The notes under the pieces are model-generated. The model was given only the letters and a program-made list of their open reading frames with translations, was not told the origin of the DNA and searched no databases. 64,000 nucleotides of DNA from Lingula anatina (lineage: Eukaryota > Animalia > Brachiopoda), in contig CM120645.1 of assembly GCA_051362555.1 (NCBI GenBank), forward strand, positions 1,736,001 to 1,800,000. Reading direction: 5' to 3'. Below, piece after piece: positions 28,289 to 41,593 of this stretch; position 1 is the first letter of the stretch, and each line of letters opens with the position of its first letter. Both the position numbers and the translations under genes were made by a program.

Positions 28289-28733
28289 TTCCTTGTTCCT
28301 CCGGCACCCTTGCACATATAATAGACACAGATCTCACCATTTATCTTGAATTCCTAGAAATTTGACAGCGATGTGAAAGGGATCAAATAAACGGGATATG
28401 ACTGCTTGATCAAGCTGTAAATAATCCCCACCCATGCTTCTTGGGCTTATGAAAAGGGCATACATGTAACTGAATAAAAATAAAGCAAGGAAAGAAAATA
28501 AAATGTTCAATGAAAACTAGCTAAAGGTGTGTACAAATATCAGTCGATTAAACAAAAGAGGAGAGCACAGCCGTACACGTGTACGTGCCTCCCTGAACTT
28601 AAGAAGTACCCCCCCCCCCCCCCACACACACACACATACCAAAATAGACAAAATAAATAAAAGTTAACGGGCGAAGCGAGACAAAACCAAGATTTTATCC
28701 ATCTCCGTGAACAACAAAATGTCCCCCTCTCCG

Positions 28734-28766
<33 letters not shown>

Positions 28767-29460
28767 AAAAAAGATAAACAAAAGATTAGAACGTATAACT
28801 TCTCCAAAGGTTGTTGGAAAGATCGGGCGAAATGAATTTTCAAAACGGAATACCCTCTCACTGCTTTTATTTTTATCCTATTTCTTGAAAAATATCAATT
28901 AATTCAAAATTTGTCCAAGATCTTTTTTCATTCTTAAATATCAAATGATATTTTTTCAATAAGCAGTGCTGGAAAGCTAGGCCGTCCCAGACGTTATCAA
29001 GGCATCTTTTGATTAATTCCTGGCTTTTTTCCCTTGATCGACAGGGGAAGGAAGGAGTGGGGAGAACGCTCAAACAAAAGGTGCCCCTCTCAGATCTGAT
29101 CCCTTTTCAGAAGTTAAATTAAGCCTATCCGTTTAAATACCTATGGACTGATTAAGTGCAATTTGACGTCTAAACAACAGGCTAAGGTATTTTTATTCGC
29201 TTCCAACACCCTGAGTGCCACTGTAGGTAGATTAAAAGAGAATTCAAGTTACAGCATGCTGATGATACAGGAGTTAGATTCAAATGACCATCAAACTCAG
29301 GTCGCTACGGAAGACAACAATTCTGATTATATGGAGCAAGGACGTATATTGAATATATTCAATATGCATCCTTGTATGGAGCTAGGATATCAGTGAGCTT
29401 TGGAAAATCAAGATGACTTCCTTTAATTGCAGTTGATTAAATTACCTTCTCACCTTCCAG

Positions 29461-30213
29461 ACGCAGATTCTACGGCGTACCCTATGAGACAGAAGTTGGT
29501 GATTGTTGGGGATAGCGCCTGCGGTAAATCCTGCCTGCTCAACGTGTTTACACAGGACGACTTTACCCTCAGCTATATTCCCACCGTCTTTGAGAACTAC
29601 GTAACCGACATAGAAGTGGATGGAAAACAGGTGCGACTCTTTTGTAGTATTTTTTTTTTTAATTAAATTGAAGACTTGAGAGTTAAAATTGTCTGTTATA
29701 AAATATAGCGTTCATCCGTTCATTTGATTTAAGCTCTTCTCTCTCTCATATATTACTACTGTTTTTAATTAGAAATAATGTTTTTTATTTCAGATCGAGT
29801 TGACACTTTGGGATACTGCCGGCCAGGAAGATTACGACCGCTTACGGCCCTTATCTTATCCCGATACTGACGTCATACTAATGTGTTACTCTACAGACAG
29901 TCCCGACAGCCTGGCCAACATCGCCGAAAAACTGGTCCCGGAGATCAACCACTTTTGTCCCAATGTTCTTGTAGTTCTAGTGGCAAATAAAAAGGACTTG
30001 AGAAAAGATGAAGAGATCATTACTAAACTGGCAAAGCTGAACGAAAAGCCGGTGGATTACATGGCCGGGGAAGACACTGCGGCAAAAATTGGTGCTTTTT
30101 CTTTCCTTGAGTGTTCGCCGAAAACGCGAGAGGGCGTTAGGGACGTATTTGAGACTGCCACGAGAGCGACGTTATTGAAAAGGAAACGCCGTAAGATCCA
30201 TCGCAGATGTTAA
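29461..30213 (+). CDS. RhoX copy 2: divergent RhoA-like GTPase, CAAX-less (functional status uncertain)
   Basis: Exons 29461-29630 (ATG at 29484) and 29794-30213. P-loop GDSACGKS, G5 SPK, ends RKIHRRC*. The frame is open but several conserved residues are changed. Confidence 0.6.
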
Positions 30214-32153
30214 TTTTTTTTCACTCTGTTCTAAAGAAATTTGTCATGAGTGATGCTGGGCAAAGAGAAGCAAAGTAAAGACAATCATGGTATTAAAAAA
30301 TAAATATATTTCAAGTAATGCTGCAATACCTTCTGCTATACATGTACAATTAGGCTATATGTGGCATCAGTCGTTTTTTTTTTTTTTTTTTCTTTTTTTT
30401 TTGTAATTATACACATTAAGTGTCCTTCATAATAAATATTTGTTGTTAACCAACCGTTAAGTTTTGACATTCGATAACTTTCAGGTATTTTTTGGATGAA
30501 TTACAATCGCGATTTTTCTTAACGATATTTAAGGCATATAAATGGTGTTTCCAGACCCTCGTCATCTGTGAAGAATATGACTCTTAAACTATAAAATTGA
30601 TACTATTATCGAGGTCTTGGCAGTAAATGTGCAAGCCCGCATCTCTCTTTTTACTATAATCACAACGATACAGCATAGCCCAGTGGCGACCCTCTCTCCC
30701 ACCGCTCTCTCCCACCGCTCTCTCCCACTTTCATTCCATCATAGTAAACGGCAGCAACAAAGAATAACAATATAATGTCTAGCAACAGGCTTGCATTCAG
30801 CAACCAGGGTTCTTTTTGTCGAAAACTGAACCTTTCCTTCCCCTCAGTTGACCCAGCTTGAGATAAGACATAGAATTTAAATCAAGTATTGATTCAGAGG
30901 GGACATTTTCTTGCCAAAAAGACGGGTTTTAACCCCACCCCACCTACATGTAGCCCTGCCTACGGACGTTGTTTACAACTTTTTTATAATATAAACAAGA
31001 TAAGTGATTTATCGGTCACGGAGTAAATGGCTTGACCAAAGTTTTTAGAGTCACCTAAATGATCACTTGTGGGAGTAATTGTCATCTGAACTAACAATTT
31101 AAACTTAACTATACCAAATTAAAGCTAGATAAAATCAAGGAGTTAGTCTGTTGTAACTCCTTGATAAAATCAAGCAACTCTTTTCATCGCTACCTTACAG
31201 TAACACTGATGTGTCATAGACCATAGAAACTTAATGATATATTTTATAGTTGTTGGGGAAAAACACTCTCCTTGAAAGAAAATAGAAAGAAAGTAGATAA
31301 AAAAGTCGTCAGTCAGTGAACTGTGGGGTTTCATCATAGTCCTTCACTCTTCAAGGTTCGTTACACAACTGATGTGTATTTTCCCTGTCCTGGTGAAAAT
31401 AAAGGATGGAAAATGGGAAGCCCCACTTTCTGAAATGCCAATAATATTGATAAGATTAATAATAAGCATTATTATTATTACTATTATTATATCTATTATA
31501 ATAAAAATATACATAAAAGAAAGAATGAACACTTAAATAAACCAATTCAAAAAGTTGTCTTTATATTTATTTTCTATTGCAATGTGCAAAATGAGAAACA
31601 ATACCACACCAGAAAAAGTACATCAATATCATTTCGTAAAATTAACCGCGGTTAATAACAGATTTTAAAAGAATGCATAAATTAATATTTAAGTATTAAA
31701 TATTAGATTAACATTATAACAAAAAGTGTAGTGTAATATTAAATTTAAAAAAGCTAATTTTAAGTTAAAACGTAGATAAAAATGTAACAATACAGTGTCA
31801 ACAATCAGCCGACCTCTATCGCCGAAAAATTGTTTTTTATTATTCAGTTCAAAACATTTTTAAATTTAACAATTTGATGAGAGAGAGAAAGAGAGTGAAG
31901 GAGAGATTTGACATGTAAATATGCAAATAATGATAGTGCAAAGGCTATGCACAGCAATCTTCCAAAAAATCTTCACCCAGTCATTACTCTATAAATAAAC
32001 CACCCAGTGAGGCTATTTTTAGCATTACGGACCTCCATTATAAAAGAGCGTGGTTCGCCCGGCTAGTCATTTTCCAGCACTAGAGAATGGCCACAAAGAT
32101 CACAGATAAATAGTGTAAATAACAGGTACATATATGTTTTTTTAACCAAGACG

Positions 32154-32426
32154 ATGGGATTGTGGTCGTGTCTATACAACGGTGAGGAGTAACTCTCGTT
32201 TTCATTTTTTGATATCATTTTACTATTACCTTTAAAAATAGATATCTAAATACAAAGTAACATTTTTAAATGATTATTACAGATCAGTTTAATCGTTGTT
32301 TCCGCGTTGAACACTATTTTTATTGATTTAATACTGTTCTTGTGTTATCTGAGGGCAGTATAAAAGATGGGGAAATGAGTTAGCGAGGATACGAGAGGAA
32401 TTATAGATTATTTGTGATAATATTTG

Positions 32427-32469
<43 letters not shown>

Positions 32470-32935
32470 AAATGTTATAATACGGCAAGTGAAATACATT
32501 TTCATTTTCAGATAGGTCTTCTAAAGCTCACCAGCCACGCAAAACAATAATCATTCTTGGAGACGAGGGTTGTGGAAAATCTTGTCTAGTCAGCGTTTTC
32601 ACAAAGGACGATTTCGCCATAAACCGTCTTCCTGTCCCTTCCACGAGTAATATTTCATACATAGAAATTGATGGCAAAATGGTGATTATTTTTTCATATG
32701 GACAAACGGCAGTTTAAATGTTGCGCTGCATATCATTTTAACCCATGTTCTCATTATCAACAATATCAAAAAATCTTACATATATATATTTAGTTTGTTC
32801 CACACTTGAATAATAAAGAAAAACGTCTGTTTTAAAATTGATGCAGGACCCGCATGATAAAAGCGAGAAAATTTCAAAATTTTACATTCAATCTCTGTGT
32901 TAATCCCCCCCCCTCACACGAAACCCTGGAACCAT

Positions 32936-33007
<72 letters not shown>

Positions 33008-33579
33008 TTTTCTAGAGTGAATATCGAGAAAATAAATTTTGAGTGTGGTATTTATATCTTTAGCTGTAATATCATATTTTTTAACTTTTAGTTTTACTTT
33101 TAGTACTTTTAAAACTTATTGCTTCTGTATCAGAAATGCTGATTTTGAAAACTTCCTTCCAGATTGAACTTATCCTCCGAGAACCAGCGGGGCTAGATGA
33201 CGTCACCAGGCTTAACTCCCTTTCAGGCAACAAAAAGGACGCTGTTTTACTGTGTTATTCAATTGACAATCCCTGCAGTTTTAGAAATGCCTCATACAAA
33301 TGGGCACCAGAGATCAACAAACGATGCCCGGATGTTCCCATTGTATTAGTTGGAAACAAAAAGGACTTACGAAATGACAAATATACTATTTGTGAACTAG
33401 GGACTCTACACGAAGAACCGATTGGTTGGCAAGCGGGACAGAAAATGGCCGAAAAGATAAATGCGTTTTCTTATATGGAATGTTCAGCAAAAACGCGGGA
33501 AGGAATTCGAGAGTTGTTTGAGACGGCAGCAAGAGCGGCGGCGTTGAAAAAGAAGTATCCAACTGTTGTTCGGAAATAA
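32154..33579 (+). CDS. RhoY copy 2: atypical Rho GTPase (204 aa) with N-terminal MGLWSC and no CAAX
   Basis: Exons 32154-32181, 32512-32681 and 33163-33579 join in frame. Motifs GDEGCGKS, EPAGL (for DTAGQ), NKKD, SAK. Ends KKKYPTVVRK*. Confidence 0.8.
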
Positions 33580-33880
33580 TAATAATAATTATTATTATTA
33601 TTATTACTTAGGAATAATCTAAGCACGTCAGCACGGCTGAAAGTGCATACATATCAATTTTACAAACTGCTACCGTATTGATAATTACAGTATATGAGGC
33701 TTCCAGAAGGACGTGTTGTCCTGTAATTAGCAATTAACCATATTTCTTAATAGATTCTTAAAAGTATATATTTTGTGAAGCAACATCTAACTTCGCATGC
33801 AGTATGCAAACATTAAGTTAAACTCCATAATGCAATTAGAAATAATTATTTTCTACGCAAAGACCCTTATATATGGGGAG

Positions 33881-33953
<73 letters not shown>

Positions 33954-34789
33954 TTTCATGGACACAGCTGAAACCCGGAAAACTAGCTGTATCAAAAACG
34001 AAATAAATACTTTGATGCTTATCTCAGCGTTTAAATGCAAATATACGTTTCTATAGTATAACCTGTTTAGATTAAGCTCATGCATAAAAACGAGGAAATG
34101 ATTTGCTTCTTGCATGTTCAATGCCCAGAATCTATTACGACAGTGAGTTATGTTGATGTAGGCGTGTGCGTTGGTCCATCCAAAGCCGCCGTTTATTTCT
34201 GCATACTTGATTCACTGATTATCATCAGTCTATCTTTAGTTGTATTCAGTGCTGATATTACTTAACTTTATTTTCAAAATCTGATTTAACAAGGAGCTAA
34301 TTTTTCTCTGTGGGCAAACCTTTAATCCACGTGATTTTGATTTCATTTTATTTTGTTACATAAGCCATTCATGTTATCAAAATGCTTTGTGGTGTACTTG
34401 GTAAAAAAATGCCCAACTTAAATGACTTTTTTAAAATATAAACTAAAAACGCTTATTTAAAGACCTTTATTCCTATCTCTATACGCTTTGGCAAAGATAT
34501 CAAATATCAATCAGTTTGGAAATGGTTATAGGTATTAGGGGATTCTTGCACGCTTTTTTCTTTGAATAATGCATAAATTACGGACAATGAAATATTTATT
34601 TTTCATGTTGATATTTCATTCGTGGCGGCCTTTCGAGATACATGGATAATCTTCATTTCAATTTTCTGTATTCCATCATTGGGCTTCGTCAATAAATTTA
34701 AATTATAGAAGAAAATTGTAGTCTTTAGAAACTCAGCTTGACTTGGGCAGATCATCCCTCTAGCTCAGTTTTTGGTATTGCACATATCT

Positions 34790-37700
34790 TTAACAAGAGA
34801 TAGATATCCTAAAGAAGCCATAGGAAGTGTACGCCCCGCACACACCTATTGCATACGTCCCAATGGGTAGGTCTCCTTGCGGGATCTGGAGCAGAGAGGT
34901 AAAGCCGCCACAAACGGGACTGTCGTCATTCCAGTGCATAAAGTGATATCCGCGGATGCCGCATATCTGAAGTCCACCGCGTTCAATAAATAACGTCGCA
35001 TCACAGGCAAAAAGAACCACCATCGTGTCGAAGGTGGCGGCATTGCATGTGGATATACTGATGTTGTTACACCCCGAGTAACTGATGCTGTATTGTAACG
35101 GTACCAGGTCGAAATCAACAAATCGAAAGCGGCTGCTGAAGGAGTAGGTTGTACCGTCACACCTGACTTGTCGAACGTCCGCTGTAAGTGTAAATATAAT
35201 TTTTAAACTAGCATTTGACTTTCACATTGGCCACAATATTTTGCAATAATAATGATAATTTAAGCAGCTACCACATATATATAATTTCCGAAACTGAACT
35301 CTAAAAGTTCTTAAAAGTAAAATAACAATACAAATAATTATAAATAATAATAATAATTAAAGATAAAAATAATTAAGTTTAATACTAGTATGTTAAAAGA
35401 TTAATCGTATAATATACAAAAAATACAGTAAGTAAAAAGTAGGGAAAGCATAAACTAAGCTGCGTACGTAACTTTAAGACCCCAAACGGCATGATTTTTA
35501 CATCGTTTTTATGTACAGACACACCGCGCCTGGTGTACAGGGACACATTGTGCACGGTGGAAAATTTCTAGACAAAACTGGATAACTTCCTTGCTAGTAT
35601 ACTATATATATAGACCAACCCACACTGGTGACCACCATAAGGTGGAAAAACTTAACAAGTAAAGAGAAAGTAAGTAAAACCCCTTTTACACTAGACGGCG
35701 TCCTTTCTGCGTCCCGTACGTACATGTAGTACGGCCCCGTTTGAGAGTAAAAAAAGTAATACTTTACGTGCCAACAACTTGCAGATCAATGAGCATTCAT
35801 TCTGCAACCACGGCGATGCCTGTTTCATGGTCGCACAAAGGACGCAGAAAGGACGCCGTCTAGTGTAAAGGGGGTGTATGTAAGAAAGTAAGCATTAAAT
35901 GATATTGTATCAAAGTTGAAGAAAACCATGTTTTGGGCACCGATGCTATAATGACCAACAAAGGAAGACTTTGTTACTTATGATTATCAAACATACAGAA
36001 AAGATTAATAGAACTGAAGTACAGCTTGAGTTGGAAAACCATATATTTATAATTTCATTATTTTTCTGGAAGAAATGCTTTTTTTTTTTGGCAAAAATGT
36101 TGGACTTAGAACTCCCACTGGCATGACGCCTTATGGTAGTTATATATTCTTAGTATCCACGTTAGATAAATTAAAAATTGTTGGTGACTATGCTTTGTTG
36201 TCAAGCATAATGTATTATTGCATCAAAACTGTCAAAATTTTTTTTTGCATTATTGTGTGTTCATCTGACAGTTTTGCTGCCTTATTGACTTCCCTTTCTA
36301 CACACTGGTATGTAGGTAAAAAAAAGATGCCATACTTACGACAATATCTTGGAATTATAGCTGAAAAAATTGATAAGAAGAAATATAGTAGATAAGTACA
36401 TTAATGATATACTGTATATACACACACTGGACAATAGGAGTGTCACCCCTACTGAACCAATACTTTGGGGGAGAGAAATGACTGTGGAATGATATGCTCC
36501 TGGTATCATTTTATTAACATCAAATTTCACAAAAAGACCAACAATACAATTCCATGGTACAGCGGTTTTATACTCATTAGTCGCATTATAAGTAGATCAG
36601 GCATTATAAACTTTGATTACTCTGTTTCAGGGGGTGAAGGGGGTGACACTTCTCTTGTCCAGTGTGTGTACAAGTAATCAGTATATTGTACAACTTCTGC
36701 CACCACTTCTGCCGATAAATTTATGTGAAGATATTAATTCTTAATGTCAAAACACACACCAGTTTCCCAACATACCAACAATTTTTTGTTCACTGCGTTT
36801 TTTAATTATCCTATAACGTGAATCGTAAGGTAATATTCATTACCACAATTATTTTCAATTTTAAAAAACATATCTTACATATCTTAAATATAGAAGTCTA
36901 TAGACTATTTCTATACAGCAAATTAAATTTCCCGCTCCACTGCTTTTTTGTCGAACTCATTAGATGAACAATGATAAAAACCAACTAGTTTTACCAATTA
37001 TTTTCTATTTCTGGCTATAGAAAGATAGAAGTTGAGAGGGCATGTTTGCAAATCAAATGTAATGTTTGATGTAATACTTACGACATGTCGGTATATCTAG
37101 GGGAAAAAAAAGGCAATATTAAACACAATGGAGTATCACTTGAATATATAATCATTCAAACAATTATCATTTAAACACTGACATTTTCGTCATTTCAGAT
37201 CCGGCGACAAATGTATGTTATCCTTTAAAATAGAGTTTAGTTGATTCCATCAATGACAAAATAGTGGAATTTAATGCTGAATTACCAAAAGAACTCAACG
37301 TTAACACAGATGCTCATAGATAACTATGTGAGGGAGTGAAGCGGTTAATTACGATTGGGTTTATTTACTCCCTCGATTATGTAGAAGTCGGAACAAAACA
37401 AAAAGGAGTCCATAAGGTTTCCTTCAAATGGTAACACAATTTGAAAAGAAAAGTATAAAGACTAAGTTTCCTTCTAACTTTAGAACTAATATCTCAACCT
37501 CAAACCCACTCCCCCTTTCGTAATGGTACTAATACACAATGCAGTACTGCACCAATGCAATGAAGCCTATCACTGCCAGTTCTCACCTAGAATGCAATTT
37601 TGTGGATCTGGATCAGAAGGGTTGAACACGTATCCCTCTTTACACACACAGACCCGAGGTTCTGGACAAGGTAAACTTTGACCTTCTTCATTGATAGTAT

Positions 37701-40700
37701 TCTGGCAGTTCGACAATATTTTATCCACTACCTCACAACATCTGGTATTACTACCACACACAACTGGTGGCCTCACCAAAATTTATGAAACAGAAGACAA
37801 AACTTATCAACACAGGGAAATTAATTTATATAGATTTCAATTCAGAACATGATGCCAGGATTATTGTGCTTCTGTGCGCATCCTTCTACAGTGTGTAACA
37901 TGAAAGACAGTGCGCCATACAAAACATTGCCAACGTGACAAATGACTATGGGTATACAATACACGTTTTCAACCATTGTAACTTAAAATGCTGCATAAGA
38001 TCTTAAGTTTAATAATGAAGTCATATGCACAATATACACCAATACTTTGGGGGAGATAAATGACTGTGGAATGATATGCTCCTGGTATCAGTTTATTAAC
38101 AAGTTTACAAGTTTAAATATGGTTGTATCAAAATCACAAACACAAAGCATAAAGAGTGCCTTACTCTTTCGTGAAGAGGTAAAAAAGCAGAACTTAAACC
38201 AGCAAAGACAGTAGGCCAAAACATGGCCAAATTCCATCCAATGTGACGTATGACGATGCGGGTACACGATACCCACTTTTAAGTTATATGTCACGTGTAC
38301 GCAAACCATGATTAAAAATATTATTTCTACATATACTGTTATGAGATCTAAAGTTTAACGATAAAGTCATCTGCACAATATATACATGTTAAATTACAAA
38401 TTTAAATATGGTAGTATCGAAATCACAAACATAAAGCATAAAGAGTGCCTTACTCTTCCTTGAAAAGGAAAAAAGCAGAACGTTAACCAGCAATGAAAGT
38501 CCTCACCTGGCACGCAATTTTGTGGATCTGGATCAGAAGGGTTGAACATGTATCCCTCTTCACACACACAGACCAGAGGTTCTGGACAAGGTAAACTTTG
38601 ACCTTCTTCATTGTTAGTATTCTGACAGTTTGACACTGTATTGTTATCCATTATCTCACAGCATCTGGTATTATTACCACACACAACTGGGGGCCTCACT
38701 TCAATTTATGAAACAGAAGTCAAGACTTGTCAACATAAGGAAATGAATTTATATAGATTTAATTTTGGAACATAATGTCTTGATCACTGCATTTCTGTGT
38801 GTATCCTTTTAGAACATTATTTTAGAACTCATTAATTTTAGGACATTGTGGCAAATTCATGCTTATATGTTTATACTTCTAACATGGGATACAGTGTGCC
38901 ATAAAGAGTAATGCCAAATTCCACCCACTGCGATGTGTGATGACTGGTATACAACACTTGTTTTCCAAGCAGTGTAAATTACAATACTACATGTCGTGCA
39001 TATATATGCAATATTATTTTTCAATATATTGATATAAGATCTAAAGTTTTATAGTGAAATCATATGTACAATATACACATGTGTACAAGTTTAAGTACGA
39101 TAGTATTAAAATCATGAACACAAATCATTGAGAGTTCCATACTTTTCTTGAAAGGTAAAAAAGCAAAACTTTAACCAGCAATGAAATTTCTCACCTGGAA
39201 CGCAATTTTGTGGATCTGGATCAGAAGAGTTGAACATGTATCCCTCATCACACACACAGACCAGAGGTTCTGGACAAGGTAAACTTTGACCTTCTTCATT
39301 GGTAGTATTCTGGCAGTTTGACACTGTACTGTTATCCACTATCTCACAGCATCTGGTATTATTACCACACACAACTGGGGGCCTCACTTCAAGTTATGAA
39401 ACAGAAGTCAAGACTTGTCAACACAAGGAAATGAATTTATATAATTTAATTTTGGAACATTATGTCTTGACCATTGCATTTCTGTGTGTATCCTTCTAAC
39501 ATGAGGTACAGTGTGTCATATAAAACACTGCCAAATTATACCCACTTTGACAAGGGCGATGGTCATCTGACATCATTTTAAAACCAGTGTCATTTACAAA
39601 GCTACATGTCATGCGTACTCAAACAATGATAAAAATTTTTCTTCTACACATTGTTATAAGATCTTTAGATTAATAATAAAGTCATCTGCACAATACATAC
39701 ATGTTGACAACTTTAAATATGGTAGTATTGAAATCACAAACACAAAGCATAAAAAGTGTCTCACTCTTATTGAAAAGGTAAAAAAAAGCAAAACTTTAAC
39801 CAGCAAAGTGAGTTCTCACCTGGAACGCAATTTTGTGGATCTGGATCAGAAGAGTTGAACATGTATCCCTCATCACACACACAGACCAGAGGTTCTGGAC
39901 AAGGTAAACTTTGACCTTCTTCATTGGTAGTATTCTGACAGTTTGACACTGTACTGTTATCCACTACATCACAACATCTGGTATTATTACCACACACAAC
40001 TGGGGGCCTCACTTCAATTTATGAAAAAGAAGTCAAAACTCATGAATAATTTTAGAACATCATTTTAGAACTCATTAATTTTAGGACATTGTGGCAAATT
40101 CATGCTCTTATGTTCATACTTCTAACATGGGATACAGTGTGCCATAAAGAGTAATGCCAAATTCCACCCACTGCGATGTGTGATGACTGGTATACAACAC
40201 TTGTTTTCCAACCAGTGTAAATTACAATGCTACATGTCACACACACACACACACACACACATATATGCCATGTTTAAAAACATTATTTCTCCATATATTG
40301 ATAAAAGATCTAAAGTTAAATAGTAAAGTCATATGTACAATATACACATGTGTACAAGTTTAAGTACGATAGTATTAAAATCATGAACACAAATCATTGA
40401 GAGTGCCTTACTCTTCCTTGGAAAGGAAAAAAAAGCAGAACTTTAACCAGCAATGGAACTTCTCACCTGGAACGCAATTTTGTGGATCTGGATCAGAAGA
40501 GTTGGACATGTATCCCTCTTCACACACACAGACCCGAGGTTCTGGACAAGGTAAACTTTGACCTTCTTCATTGGTAGTATTCTGACAGTTTGAAACTGTA
40601 CTGTTATCCACTATCTCACAGCATCTGGTATTATTACCACACACAACTGGGGGCCTCACTTTAATTTATGAAACAGAAGTCAAACCTTGTCAACACAAGG

Positions 40701-41513
40701 AAATGAATTTATATAGATTTAATTTTGGAACATTATGTCTTGATCATTGCATTTCTGTGTGTATCCTTCTAACATGAGGTACAGTGTGTCATATAAAACA
40801 CTGCCAAATTATACCCACTTTGACAAGGGCGATGGTCATCTGACATTTTCCAACTAGTGTAAATTACAAAGCTACATGTCACGCGTACTCAAACAATGAT
40901 AAAAATTTTTCTTCTACACATTGTTATAAGATCTTTAGATTAATAATGAAGTCATCTGCACAATACATACATGTTGACAACTTTAAATATGGTAGTATTG
41001 AAATCACAAACACAAAGCATAAAGAGTGTCTCACTCTTATTGAAAAGGTAAAAAAGCAGAACTTTAACCAGCAATGAAAGTTCTCACCTGGAACGCAATT
41101 TTGTGGATCTGGATCAGAAGAGTTGAACATGTATCCCTCTTCACACACACAGACCAGAGGTTCTTGACAAGGTAAACTTTGACCTTCTGCATTGGTAGTA
41201 TTCTGGCAGTTTGACACTGTATTGTTATCCACTACCTCACAGCATCTGGTATTATTACCACACACAACTGGGGGCCTCACTTCAATTTATGAAACAAAAG
41301 ACAAAGCTCATGAATAATTTTAGAACATTATTTTTGAACTCATTAATTTTAGGACACTGTGGCAAATTCATGCTTATACGCTCGTATGTTTATACTTCTA
41401 ACATGGGATACAGTGTGCCATAAACAGCATTGCCAAATTCCACGCACTGCAATGTGTGACGACTGGTATACAACACCTGTTTTCCAAGCAGTGTAAATGA
41501 CAAAGCTACATGT

Positions 41514-41593
<80 letters not shown>

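Larger units (their letters stand above)
6516..29182. repeat. Segmental tandem duplication, unit 2 (~22.7 kb)
   Basis: Begins TAAGGTATTTTT after the junction motif. Same gene order as unit 3 (RhoX, RhoY, minus-strand secreted-protein gene). Longer than unit 3 mainly because of a LINE and other insertions. Confidence 0.9.
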
